Below, piece after piece: positions 19,423 to 29,326 of a stretch of DNA of 64,000 nucleotides. Under the pieces are notes generated by a model. The model was not told where the DNA came from. It was given only the letters and a program-made list of their open reading frames with translations, and did not search any database. The DNA comes from Candidatus Thorarchaeota archaeon (GTDB taxonomy: Archaea; Asgardarchaeota; Thorarchaeia; Thorarchaeales; Thorarchaeaceae). Both the position numbers and the translations under genes were made by a program. How positions within the stretch are numbered: position 1 is the first letter of the stretch; each line of letters begins with the position of its first letter. The stretch covers positions 11,972-75,971 of the forward strand of contig PRDH01000015.1 of NCBI GenBank assembly GCA_003345545.1, in the 5' to 3' direction.

Positions 19423-21369
19423 ATGACCTCAGTTGCAAGAAAGATACTATCTGAACACATTATGTCAGGGTCCGCTTCACTTCGCCCTGGCGATGAAATT
19501 GGGCTGAAGATTGACCGCACACTGACTCAAGATGCTACTGGAACTCTAGCATATCTCCAATTCGAGGCAATTGGCCTGGAGAAAGTTCGAACTGAGCTGT
19601 CAGTTTCATTTGTTGACCATAACACATTGCAGACAGACTTCAGGAATCCTGACGACCATCGATACTTGCAGACTGTGGCTGCAAAGTATGGCATTCTTTT
19701 CTCAAGACCAGGAAACGGAATATGCCACCAGGTGTTCTTGGAGCGATTTTCGAAACCGGGAGAAACGCTAATTGGATCGGACTCGCACACACCAACAGCA
19801 GGCGGGGCAGGGATGATCGCGATAGGAGCTGGTGGCCTGGATGTTGCGGTGGCGATGGGAGGCGGAGCGTACTATCTGAAGACACCGGAGATCGTCGGTG
19901 TGAAACTCTATGGAAGAATGCCGGACTATGTTTCAGCAAAGGATGTCATTCTTGAGGTCTTACGAAGGTTGAAGGTGGACGGAGGAGTAGACAAGATACT
20001 TGAGTACTTTGGCCCAGGGATTAAGCAGCTGTCTGTTCCGGAAAGAGCTACTATTACGAATATGGGAGCTGAAACTGGCGCAACGACATCCGTGTTTCCC
20101 TCAGACGAGATAACAAGAGAATTCCTGAAGATGCAACAGAGAGCCCATGATTGGGTGGAGATTCCGGAGGCCAACGAGAAGGATTTTGACGAAGTCATCA
20201 CAATAGACCTGAGTAAGCTTGAGCCATTTATAGCGAAGCCTCACTCGCCTGACAATGTTGTTCCTCTCTCGGAGCTAATTGGATTGAAGGTTGATCAGGT
20301 GGCCATAGGCTCATGCACTAACTCCTCACTCAAAGACATGCTCACTGTGGCGGCGCTGCTCAAGGGAAGAAAGATACATCCAAATACCGTTCTAGGTGTG
20401 TCGCCTGGTTCTCGTCAAGTATTGGAGTACATCGCTGAGAACGGTCAGCTTGCAGACATGATTTCAGCTGGAGCCAGGATTCTCGAGAGCGCCTGCGGCC
20501 CGTGCATTGGAATGGGTTTTGCACCACCCTCAACAGGAGTTTCATTGAGAACCTTCAATCGCAATTTCAAAGGAAGAAGCGGGACTGCAGATGCTCAGGT
20601 CTATCTGGTGAGTCCTGAGGTCGCAGTAGCAGCCGCCATCTATGGAGAGATAACGGATCCACGGAAGCTCGGACCACCCCCAAGAGTTGAGATGCCTTTG
20701 AAAATAAACGTCGATGACTCAATGATAATCAGGCCATCAAACACACCTAGCAGCGTTGAGATTATTCGGGGGCCAAACATCGTACAACTTCCGAAGATGG
20801 TACCACTCCCGGACAGTCTACCAGCCATGCAGGTGCTGATCAAACTTGGAGATGATATCACGACTGACCAGATTATGCCAGCGGGAGCAAAGATACTGCC
20901 ATTGCGATCGAATCTGCCTGAAATCAGCATGCATGTCTTTGAGCAAGTGGATCCATCATTTGTATCAACAGCCTTGCGAGCAAAGGAACAGGGCGGAGGT
21001 ATCATACTTGCCGGTAACAACTATGGTCAGGGCTCTAGTAGAGAACATGCTGCGCTTGCACCAATGTATCTTGGAGTAAAGCTTGTCCTTGCAAAGTCTT
21101 TTGCCAGAATTCACAAGGCCAACCTAGTCAATTTTGGAATCTTGCCCTGTACAATAGACGACCCTACACTATTCGAGAAGATAGATCCAGGCGATACTCT
21201 TGAAATGAAGAGAATTCGTCAGGCTCTCAAGGAGGGAAGAACACATCTCTCTCTCACTAATAAGGCGAAGGGTATCAAGATACCCATGACATGTGAACTC
21301 ACTGAACGTGAGAAGAACATTATCCTGGCAGGAGGCCTTCTCAACTATACCAGAGAGGGAGGAATCTGA
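19423..21369 (+). CDS. acnA: Aconitate hydratase
   Basis: QDATG, DHN, GICHQ, DSHT, IGSCTNS, ACGPCIG, FNRNF, YGQGSSREHAA. Confidence 0.95.
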   Translation: MTSVARKILSEHIMSGSASLRPGDEIGLKIDRTLTQDATGTLAYLQFEAIGLEKVRTELSVSFVDHNTLQTDFRNPDDHRYLQTVAAKYGILFSRPGNGICHQVFLERFSKPGETLIGSDSHTPTAGGAGMIAIGAGGLDVAVAMGGGAYYLKTPEIVGVKLYGRMPDYVSAKDVILEVLRRLKVDGGVDKILEYFGPGIKQLSVPERATITNMGAETGATTSVFPSDEITREFLKMQQRAHDWVEIPEANEKDFDEVITIDLSKLEPFIAKPHSPDNVVPLSELIGLKVDQVAIGSCTNSSLKDMLTVAALLKGRKIHPNTVLGVSPGSRQVLEYIAENGQLADMISAGARILESACGPCIGMGFAPPSTGVSLRTFNRNFKGRSGTADAQVYLVSPEVAVAAAIYGEITDPRKLGPPPRVEMPLKINVDDSMIIRPSNTPSSVEIIRGPNIVQLPKMVPLPDSLPAMQVLIKLGDDITTDQIMPAGAKILPLRSNLPEISMHVFEQVDPSFVSTALRAKEQGGGIILAGNNYGQGSSREHAALAPMYLGVKLVLAKSFARIHKANLVNFGILPCTIDDPTLFEKIDPGDTLEMKRIRQALKEGRTHLSLTNKAKGIKIPMTCELTEREKNIILAGGLLNYTREGGI

Positions 21370-21388
21370 ATCCGCAGGAGGAACATCA

Positions 21389-22672
21389 ATGGCACAGAAA
21401 TCAATCTATGAGTATTCAGCAAAGATACTGATTGCCAATGAATTGGAGAAGCACTTTCCGGAATTCAGATACCACCGAAAGCTTGCTGTAATAACTCCAG
21501 ACACCAAATGGGCGAAACTAGAGAAAGACCATCCATGGTTGAAGACTGACAGACTAGTAGCCAAACCTGACCAGCTCTTTGGCAAACGAGGAAAAGCAAA
21601 CCTCCTTCTTCTCAATGCCAACCTGAGTGAATTGAAGCAGTTCATGAAAGAAAAGCTGGGCAAGGAAATTGAGGTTGGAGGAGTAAGAGGAGAGCTTACG
21701 AGATTCCTAGTTGAGCCATTTATTCACCATGAGAAAGAGCTGTACGTGTCCATAACCTCGGACAGGAAGAACGACATTGTCCACTTCTCCTTTGAGGGCG
21801 GGGTATTCGTAGAAGAGAATTGGGACAAGGTAATCCATATTCCAATTCCTATTGGAACAGACATCAATGCCATTGATTTGGAGAGCAAGATCAAGGGCTT
21901 AGGTACTCTGGCACATTCTGTCATCCCATTCATCAGGGGATTATTCCAAGTATATTGTGAGCAAGACTTCGCATTTCTGGAGATCAATCCATTTGCCATT
22001 ACAAAAGACGGTCTTGTTGTGCCATTGGACATGAAAGCACGCCTTGATGACACAGCTGCGTTCAGACATACTGACACGTGGGGAAATCCTGAGAATCCAA
22101 TTGCGTTCCCAGTATCTTTCGGGCAAAAGCACTCCAAAGAGGAGGAGTTCATTCAGAGCCTCCAAGTGCAGACGGGTTCATCTTTGAAACTTACGATTCT
22201 TAACAGGGAAGGTCACATCTGGACAATGGTCGCAGGTGGAGGTGCGAGCGTCATCTATGCCGACACGATTGTTGACCTTGGTTTCGGCAATGAACTGGCT
22301 AACTATGGGGAATACAGCGGGAATCCCACTCGTGAACACACCGAGTTGTATGCACAGACTCTCATAGACCTCATGACAGAGAAACCAGACCCAGAGAAGA
22401 GACCCAAATTCCTCTTGATTGGCGGTGGTATTGCTAACTTCACTGATGTAAAAGCAACGTTTCAGGGAATTGTGAGCGCATTACGAAGGTCGGCAGAGAA
22501 GCTGAAAGAAACAAATGTCAGAATCTATGTGAGACGTGGAGGGCCTAATGAAGCTGAGGGCCTTCAACTTATGCGCGATGTCGGTAAGGAGATTGGTATC
22601 CCCATTGAGGTCTATGATAGATATACGCACATGACGAGAATTGTTCCTCTTGCGCTGAAGGGGGTCAAGTAG
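21389..22672 (+). CDS. aclB: ATP-citrate lyase beta (ATP-grasp) subunit
   Basis: LVAKPDQLFGKRGK, SLKLTILN, WTMVAGGGASVIYADT, ANYGEYSG, GGGIANFTDV, VRRGGPN. GGAGG upstream of the ATG at 21389. Confidence 0.93.
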   Translation: MAQKSIYEYSAKILIANELEKHFPEFRYHRKLAVITPDTKWAKLEKDHPWLKTDRLVAKPDQLFGKRGKANLLLLNANLSELKQFMKEKLGKEIEVGGVRGELTRFLVEPFIHHEKELYVSITSDRKNDIVHFSFEGGVFVEENWDKVIHIPIPIGTDINAIDLESKIKGLGTLAHSVIPFIRGLFQVYCEQDFAFLEINPFAITKDGLVVPLDMKARLDDTAAFRHTDTWGNPENPIAFPVSFGQKHSKEEEFIQSLQVQTGSSLKLTILNREGHIWTMVAGGGASVIYADTIVDLGFGNELANYGEYSGNPTREHTELYAQTLIDLMTEKPDPEKRPKFLLIGGGIANFTDVKATFQGIVSALRRSAEKLKETNVRIYVRRGGPNEAEGLQLMRDVGKEIGIPIEVYDRYTHMTRIVPLALKGVK

Positions 22673-22673
22673 A

Positions 22674-24512
22674 ATGGACAAGTATGAGCTGTTCAACAAG
22701 AATACTCAAGCGATTATTCATGGCTTTCAGGCCGATGCCATCCAAAGAATGCTCGACTTTGATTTCGTCTGCAAAAGAAGTACGCCCAGTGTAGCGGCTG
22801 TAGTTCGTGCTTCCCAGGAGGGCGCCATGGAATATCACAAGGTCTTTTGGGGCAGCAAGGAGATTGTGATTCCAATCTATAAGACTCTGGATTTGGCGGT
22901 GAAGAAACATCCAAACGCAGACGTGTTAATCAATTTCTCGTCGTTCAGATCTGCATTTCCGACATCCAAGGAAGCCCTTGAAACAGATACAATCAGAACA
23001 ATTGTGATTATCGCAGAAGGAGTCCCAGAACGTCAGAGTAGAGAACTCATTGAAATAGCCGAGAAGAGGAAGAAGATCATCATAGGACCAGCAACAGTAG
23101 GAGGACTTCTTGCAGGGGCCTTCAAGATAGCTAATACCGCAGGTACAATTGATAACATCATCAAATCAAAGCTCTATAGACCGGGAAGCGTGGGATTCGT
23201 GTCAAAGTCGGGCGGTATGAGCAATGAGATGTATTTCATGATTGCCCAGAACTCCGATGGCATCTATGAAGGAATAGCAGTCGGTGGAGATCGGTATCCT
23301 GGCTCAACACTAGTTGATCATATTCTGCGATTTGAAGCCAACCCCAGAGTCAAGATGATTGTGTGCCTGGGGGAAGTCGGAGGGAGAGATGAGTACGCAA
23401 TCGTTGATGCCATCAAGGTTGGGAAGGTGAAAAAGCCACTTGTCATGTGGGTCACAGGAACTTGCTCTAAGATTTTCCCAGCTGGAGTTCAGTTTGGGCA
23501 TGCAGGAGCCATGGCAGGAACAGATATGGAAACTGCCGATGCAAAGAACAAAGCGCTGGCACACGTTGGCGTGATAGTACCACAGTCGTTTGATGACTTC
23601 GGTGATAGGATTCGGGAGACCTTCGAGAGGCTGAAGTCGGAGGGACGAATCGAGCCTATAGAGGAGTTCACTCCACCTGAGCTGCCCATGGATTTCAATA
23701 AAGCTCTTGCGAAAGGACTTGTAAGAAGACCAACTGACGTTGTAACCACAATATCGAATGAAACAGGTGATGTGCTGACCTATAACGGTGTACCGATTGA
23801 CAAAATCATCAGAGAAGACCTCTCGATAGGCTATGTGATAGGTCATCTCTGGTTCAAGAAGGAACTCCCACTGTTTGCTCAGAAATACATCGAAATCGTG
23901 CTAAAGTTGACTGCAGATCATGGTCCAGCTGTGTCAGGTGCACATAATGCGATTGTGGCTGTGCGTGCAGGGAAAGATCTCATGTCTTCGCTGGCCTCTG
24001 GCATCCTGACCATTGGCCCCAGATTTGGGGGAGCCATCTCAGATGCTGCAAAGTACTTCAAAGACGCACATGATTCAGGCAAGACTCCGCAGGAGTTCAT
24101 TGACTACATGAAGGACGTAATAGGCATCAATATACCTGGAATTGGACACCGTGTGAAATCAGTGCAAAACCCAGATGTCCGCGTTGAGCTGCTGAAGGAA
24201 TTTGTTCGTAACAACTTTCCGAACCATCCCTACCTTGACTATGCACTTGAAGTTGAAAAATTAACCACTGTCAAGCGGAATAATCTGATTCTCAATGTGG
24301 ACGGGTGCATAGGAATTTGCTTCTTGGACCTCATGGAGAATCTTGACCTAACTCTGGAAGAAAAACAAGACATTCTGGATACTGAGATGCTGAATGGGTT
24401 GTTCGTTCTGGGGCGTTCAATTGGGATGATGGGGCACATCTTCGATCAGAAGAGGCAACGTGCAGACCTGTACAGACAGCCCTGGGATGAGATTCTGTAC
24501 ACCACAAAATAG
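22674..24512 (+). CDS. aclA: ATP-citrate lyase alpha subunit (CoA-binding plus citryl-CoA lyase domain)
   Basis: QRMLDFD, NFSSFRSA, IAEGVPE, VSKSGGMSNE, FGHAGA phospho-His, ADHGPAVSGAHN, IPGIGHRVKS, LILNVDG. Confidence 0.95.
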   Translation: MDKYELFNKNTQAIIHGFQADAIQRMLDFDFVCKRSTPSVAAVVRASQEGAMEYHKVFWGSKEIVIPIYKTLDLAVKKHPNADVLINFSSFRSAFPTSKEALETDTIRTIVIIAEGVPERQSRELIEIAEKRKKIIIGPATVGGLLAGAFKIANTAGTIDNIIKSKLYRPGSVGFVSKSGGMSNEMYFMIAQNSDGIYEGIAVGGDRYPGSTLVDHILRFEANPRVKMIVCLGEVGGRDEYAIVDAIKVGKVKKPLVMWVTGTCSKIFPAGVQFGHAGAMAGTDMETADAKNKALAHVGVIVPQSFDDFGDRIRETFERLKSEGRIEPIEEFTPPELPMDFNKALAKGLVRRPTDVVTTISNETGDVLTYNGVPIDKIIREDLSIGYVIGHLWFKKELPLFAQKYIEIVLKLTADHGPAVSGAHNAIVAVRAGKDLMSSLASGILTIGPRFGGAISDAAKYFKDAHDSGKTPQEFIDYMKDVIGINIPGIGHRVKSVQNPDVRVELLKEFVRNNFPNHPYLDYALEVEKLTTVKRNNLILNVDGCIGICFLDLMENLDLTLEEKQDILDTEMLNGLFVLGRSIGMMGHIFDQKRQRADLYRQPWDEILYTTK

Positions 24513-24546
24513 AATTCGAATTCAAAGAGAAGAGAGAGTCTATGAA

Positions 24547-25875
24547 ATGACGGAATACGAAAAACTAGTACCCCCAAAAAGGGGAAAGAAAATAACAGTC
24601 AAGAACGGTAAATGGACGGTTCCCGACAATCCGATTGTTTGTTGGATTGAAGGAGATGGCATTGGCCCGGAAATCAGCAGTGTAATGCGAAAGGTTGTAG
24701 ATGCAGCAGTCGAGAAAGCCTACAAAGGAAAACGAAAGATTGAGTGGTTCGAGATCTACGCAGGGAATAAGGCTCGTGCTCTCTATAACCCAAAAGTCAC
24801 TGATGAGCAGCTCAAAGCGCTATCACCACAAGACCAACGAAAGGCCTACCTGCCTGATGACACTCTGAAGGCAGTACGCGAATATCATGTCGCCATAAAA
24901 GGACCGTGCGAAACACCTGTTGGTAAGGGATTTTCATCCATCAATGTTGGGCTTCGACAGTTCTTGAGCCTGGGTGTCTGCTTGAGGCCTGTTTGGCATA
25001 TCAAGGGGGTTCCTGCTCCTGTCAATGACCCCGATGCAATAGACATGGTCGTATTTCGCGAGAACCTAGAAGACATCTATGCTGGGATTGAGGCCTACCC
25101 GGGCTCTGAACAGGCCAAACAGATCATCAATTTCCTTAGAACGGAATGGAAGGTTCCAGTTGACTCCGAGAGTCTACGAGATTCGTCTGGCATATCAATC
25201 AAGCCCATGTCCCCTGAGAACTCAAAGAATCTTGTAAGGAGTGCCATCGAGTATGCAATAAAGATGAAACGACATGTCGTGACGATATGTCATAAAGGGA
25301 ACATCATGAAGGCTACTGAAGGGCAATTCATGAACTGGGGCTATGAGGTCGCCAAGGAGGAGTTCAGAAACGTCATTGTCACTGAGGAGGAACTCAACCA
25401 AAAGTATGGCGGCGATGTCAAGAAAGCAATTGCCGATGGAAAAATCCTCGTAAATGATCGGATTCAAGATGCAATGTTCCAACAGGTCTTGCTTAGGCCA
25501 ATGGAGTATGAGGTGCTGGCTATGCCTAACCTCAACGGTGACTATCTCTCAGACCAGCTTGCAGCCCAAGTGGGCGGACTTGGCTTTGCACCGGGAGCGA
25601 ATCTCAACGATAACATCTTCTTCGCTGAAGCAACTCATGGTACTGCTCCAAAACACGCGGGGAAGAATGAAATCAACCCAGGTTCAATCATTCTTTCAGC
25701 CTGCCTGATGTTGGAGCACATGGGATGGGGTGAGGCATCGAGCATCATTAGGTCTGCGGTTTCGAAGACAGTAGAGTCAAAGAAAGTGACCTATGACATT
25801 GCTCGCCAATTGACACCCCCGGTTGAACCCATATCGACAACAAAATTCAGTGATGAGATCATAAAGAACCTCTAG
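24547..25875 (+). CDS. icd: Isocitrate dehydrogenase (NADP-type, E. coli-like)
   Basis: IEGDGIGPE, AIKGP.ETPVG, FRENLEDIY, HKGNIMK.TEG, NLNGDY.SD, EATHGTAPK. Confidence 0.95.
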   Translation: MTEYEKLVPPKRGKKITVKNGKWTVPDNPIVCWIEGDGIGPEISSVMRKVVDAAVEKAYKGKRKIEWFEIYAGNKARALYNPKVTDEQLKALSPQDQRKAYLPDDTLKAVREYHVAIKGPCETPVGKGFSSINVGLRQFLSLGVCLRPVWHIKGVPAPVNDPDAIDMVVFRENLEDIYAGIEAYPGSEQAKQIINFLRTEWKVPVDSESLRDSSGISIKPMSPENSKNLVRSAIEYAIKMKRHVVTICHKGNIMKATEGQFMNWGYEVAKEEFRNVIVTEEELNQKYGGDVKKAIADGKILVNDRIQDAMFQQVLLRPMEYEVLAMPNLNGDYLSDQLAAQVGGLGFAPGANLNDNIFFAEATHGTAPKHAGKNEINPGSIILSACLMLEHMGWGEASSIIRSAVSKTVESKKVTYDIARQLTPPVEPISTTKFSDEIIKNL

Positions 25876-25889
25876 TCATTGAAGTAGAC

Positions 25890-25974
25890 CTGGTCCTATC
25901 AAGGACCGGATCAGTTCATCCAATCCCTCATCAGATGGATATACAAAGAGTGGCAACCACTTCAGGGTTGCCAC
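25890..25974. terminator. Hairpins in the convergent icd/arrestin-like intergenic region
   Basis: GGTCCT-ATCA-AGGACC and GTGGCAACC-ACTTCAG-GGTTGCCAC (25950-25974). Confidence 0.45.
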
Positions 25975-26051
25975 AGTGCTGGATAGCTCATAGGTCATAA
26001 TCTTAGCCGAGAGCCTTCCTCAATAGGCTGGGACTACGAGTAATAGCCTGC

Positions 26052-26498
26052 TTAGAAAGTGATGACGAGTTCCATGTCGTGGCTGGTCACATCAGGTCGA
26101 CCTTTGACGCCAATCACGCCTTTCATCATCCAAGTATTACGGGCGTTCATGCTACGGTAGGTCGGAGGCACGCTTGAGGGTAAGGGGAGACTGAAGGGGA
26201 TGCTTTCCCTGAAACCACTAGTGAAATGTCTTCCTCCTGCCACAGTGAGCTTACCTTGATGAAGTGTGCTGGTCTGCTCGGCGGTCACAGGTACCTGCTT
26301 GTTCTGAACCATCTTGTTTTGGGTGGCTCGGGTCCATTCGTTGACCCAGATCTCAATACGGAGTTCATCGGCGTCGAATTCTTCCGATGCCGAAATATCG
26401 AGTTTACCTTGCAGCGGCTCTCTTAGGCTGAACGTTCCCTTGTCAAGCAGCACTGCAATAGACGCGTTTGGTGCTTTTAGCTTACCAAGAAATCCCAT
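26052..26498 (-). CDS. Arrestin N-domain/SpoOM-like beta-sandwich protein
   Basis: LDK..F...EPLQGKL.I, then IPFSLPLPSSVPPTY...NTW..KG.I...GRPD pattern of the arrestin/Vps26/SpoOM fold. Confidence 0.7.
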   Translation of the reverse strand: MGFLGKLKAPNASIAVLLDKGTFSLREPLQGKLDISASEEFDADELRIEIWVNEWTRATQNKMVQNKQVPVTAEQTSTLHQGKLTVAGGRHFTSGFRESIPFSLPLPSSVPPTYRSMNARNTWMMKGVIGVKGRPDVTSHDMELVITF

Positions 26499-26940
26499 AG
26501 ACTTCACATCATTTTATGTATTGAACCCAGATTATGCTGGGTTGCGTGCCATACTGAGGAGGCTGTTCATTTAGCATTTGCGCCTATTGCTTGAAACATG
26601 ACTGAAGATTGACCTCGAAGCTGGGTGTGCCTGCAATCTGACCCGCCAGACGTTCCCCTAGCTCGACCTCGTAGGTGCACTGACTGAGAGACAAAATCAC
26701 TATTCTACTGAGCCATCATACTGAACCAACCTTCAAGCTTGTCCACTCCTTCGAGCCGAATAGTTGTGTCTTGCTCTGTAGGAATAGGTGTTATGATGTC
26801 TGATTTCCATCTTTTGAAGCATCTTGAAACGTAAAGAGGCGAAATATGTTCTATGAATTGTGCTAGCCGACCACCGTTCATAGGATACAGAATGGTGGTT
26901 ATTAAAGGAGAAGTCGAGGATGGTTCTGGTGAACTATATA

Positions 26941-28227
26941 ATGAAACACAATGTTTCGAAAGTATTGCTGCTTGCACTGATGTTTCTATTGTTAGCATCA
27001 TTTTCTCCTGCTATTGCATTTTCAAACAGTCAGAGTGATGATGCTACTACTGGAACCAAGCACGCGCAGTCTGACGATAACAGTACCATTACTGATGATG
27101 ACGACGAGCATGAGCTCGATGAGCATCGGGATGATGATGGGACTGCTTGGATAGAAACTGACATCATGACGGTGACTCTGAGTCCGGAGATGCCGACCTA
27201 CCAGTATTGGTATGCAACTGACAACAATGGGAGTCTTGCTCGTTTCATGATCAGCTACAGAATGATTGTTGAGTTTGAGGACTCCAATGGCGACGGTGTC
27301 TTCCAAGCCAACGAAACAATCGCCTTTGCGCCGCTTGATGCCTTCGAGTGGAGCCTTCAAACCGGGACTATCACTGATAGTCTTGACCAAGTTGTAGAGG
27401 TCTTTGCCTCGTACACAAAGGGCGGCTTGAGTGGTGAGTGGGAGGACGATTGGTTCGAAGACTGGATGCCCGAGCTTGGAGATGATGGTGAGGGCGATGA
27501 CAACTCAACGCTCTTGGCCAGTGATGGTGAGAGCAACTACAACTTCACAAGATTCTCCGAAATGACCCTCCGTTTCTATGGTCACATCTACACGACTGAC
27601 ACCGAGGGAAATGTCACTGATGACTTTGGCTTCCAATCCAATTACACCGTTGCTGGCGGATCGGAACTCAAGGTAGACATTGAGATCGGAAACTTTCCAT
27701 TCCTCTCGAACACTTCGAAGGTTGCAGTACTGAATTATATGCGAGAAGACGTTGCGTCAACAGATGATTCAGATCACTTCTTCAGGCTTCATGAGGATGA
27801 TAGCGATGATGAGGTTGAGTCCGAGGATATATCTGATGACCATGGAACAATGTTCGAAGACAAGGATGATGACCATGATGGTGAAGATGATAGCATTCAA
27901 CAGCTCTCAATTGTTGATGATGCCACCAACACTACTCGCGGGCTCTATACTTGGCTTGACAGGGCATTGATAACCTATCTGAACAGCACTCAAGTTGCAG
28001 TGGATGTAGGTGCTTCCTACTGGACAGATGGGAACGGACTTCTGCTGTTCCTAGTATATCCTAACTTCGATGGAGGCTCCATCTTGCATGACCCATCAAT
28101 GAAACTCCTCGAGGATGGAGCGCCAACAGGTGGTGCATCAGGAATTCTAGGTCTGGAAACAATCGCTTTGATTGGTGTCGCAGCAGCAATCATTGTAGTT
28201 GCCGGGCTGGCAATCAAACGCCGTTAG
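26941..28227 (+). CDS. Secreted, highly acidic surface protein with C-terminal TM anchor
   Basis: Signal peptide, Asp/Glu-rich tracts, EDSNGDG Ca-binding-like loop, terminal TM followed by KRR. Confidence 0.8.
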   Translation: MKHNVSKVLLLALMFLLLASFSPAIAFSNSQSDDATTGTKHAQSDDNSTITDDDDEHELDEHRDDDGTAWIETDIMTVTLSPEMPTYQYWYATDNNGSLARFMISYRMIVEFEDSNGDGVFQANETIAFAPLDAFEWSLQTGTITDSLDQVVEVFASYTKGGLSGEWEDDWFEDWMPELGDDGEGDDNSTLLASDGESNYNFTRFSEMTLRFYGHIYTTDTEGNVTDDFGFQSNYTVAGGSELKVDIEIGNFPFLSNTSKVAVLNYMREDVASTDDSDHFFRLHEDDSDDEVESEDISDDHGTMFEDKDDDHDGEDDSIQQLSIVDDATNTTRGLYTWLDRALITYLNSTQVAVDVGASYWTDGNGLLLFLVYPNFDGGSILHDPSMKLLEDGAPTGGASGILGLETIALIGVAAAIIVVAGLAIKRR

Positions 28228-28231
28228 TCTT

Positions 28232-28273
28232 GTAGGGGGAGTTCGCTCCCTCTACTCGACTTCTTTTTCTTTC
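28232..28273 (+). terminator. Probable intrinsic terminator
   Basis: GTAGGGGGAG-TTCG-CTCCCTCTAC followed by TTCTTTTTCTTT. Confidence 0.7.
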
Positions 28274-28312
28274 AAACAGATGGATTATTAGACTCTATGA
28301 CAAGACAATGAG

Positions 28313-29326
28313 TTGGTCCTTATGCAGAGAACGACAGCACGCATCCTCGTGCTTGTATCAATCCTAGTTCTAGGTGTATTTGCCTTGAACAATCAAGCCA
28401 GCGCAGCATCCGGGACTCAGAACATCATGATGACAGACATGCATGTTCATGCAGAACTGGGGGCTGACTGTTCATCTGAGGTCTTGATGGAAACAAATGT
28501 GATAAACATGGGACCGACCGACTTGAACTCGTTTGATATTAGAGTCGATGTACGAGGCCTGCTGGTGAATTCAGCCAATCTTAACGGATCTCTTGTTGAT
28601 ACCACCGTTTCTCCTCTGAGCAACTATGTGATTGTGACAGTTGAGCCCTATGCTCCTATTCCTTCAGGAGCTTCGATGATGCTGAATCTCAATTTCACAA
28701 CGCAGTGTCTTCAGGAACGCATTGGCCTCAGCAGCGACGGCACAATGTACGTCAACCATTTAATCTACTATATTCGTCCTCTTGATGAGGTTCACAATCT
28801 CACTTTCGCAGCTGCACTCCCACCTCATGCTGTACTTGACTTAGAGGCTGCAGCACCGCTCTTTCCCAGCGCAACATCGAACCATACAGATGGCATAAGG
28901 ACTGTATATGTCTGGAGGATGGATACTCTTCTCCCAGGACAGGAGGTTGCGTATATCATCAAGTACCTGATACCTGCAGCCCTTCTTGACACCCCAGCGA
29001 CTATCACGGACAATTCCTTAGTCATTGGCATACTCGCCGCAGTAGGTGCAGCGGGAGCTGTACTCATCCTTGAGCGGACACCAGCTTGGATAAAACAATT
29101 GAGGGCAAGAGAAGTCGTTGTCAGTGGGAGGATATCAAGTCAAGAACAAGAGATTCTTGATTTTCTTTCCTCTCGTGGAGGATCATGTTCACAGAGAGAG
29201 ATCTATGCAGGTCTGGATATGTCCCAGGCAATGGCTAGTATGATGCTTACATCACTTGAGGAACGTGGTCTCATCAAGAGACTACGAAGTGGAAGAGAGA
29301 ATATTGTACACATTATGGAAGACTAG
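28313..29326 (+). CDS. Membrane-anchored protein with extracellular domain and C-terminal wHTH
   Basis: Signal peptide, beta-rich ectodomain, TM, then EQEILDFL..RGG..SQREI...LDMSQA.AS..L..LEERGLI.R...GREN.V. Confidence 0.82.
   Translation: MVLMQRTTARILVLVSILVLGVFALNNQASAASGTQNIMMTDMHVHAELGADCSSEVLMETNVINMGPTDLNSFDIRVDVRGLLVNSANLNGSLVDTTVSPLSNYVIVTVEPYAPIPSGASMMLNLNFTTQCLQERIGLSSDGTMYVNHLIYYIRPLDEVHNLTFAAALPPHAVLDLEAAAPLFPSATSNHTDGIRTVYVWRMDTLLPGQEVAYIIKYLIPAALLDTPATITDNSLVIGILAAVGAAGAVLILERTPAWIKQLRAREVVVSGRISSQEQEILDFLSSRGGSCSQREIYAGLDMSQAMASMMLTSLEERGLIKRLRSGRENIVHIMED

Noticed and set aside
21389-24512. Succinyl-CoA synthetase annotation
   Set aside because: The 612-aa subunit has a C-terminal citryl-CoA lyase domain (ADHGPAVSG, GIGHR, NVDG), and ACL-specific motifs are present in both subunits.
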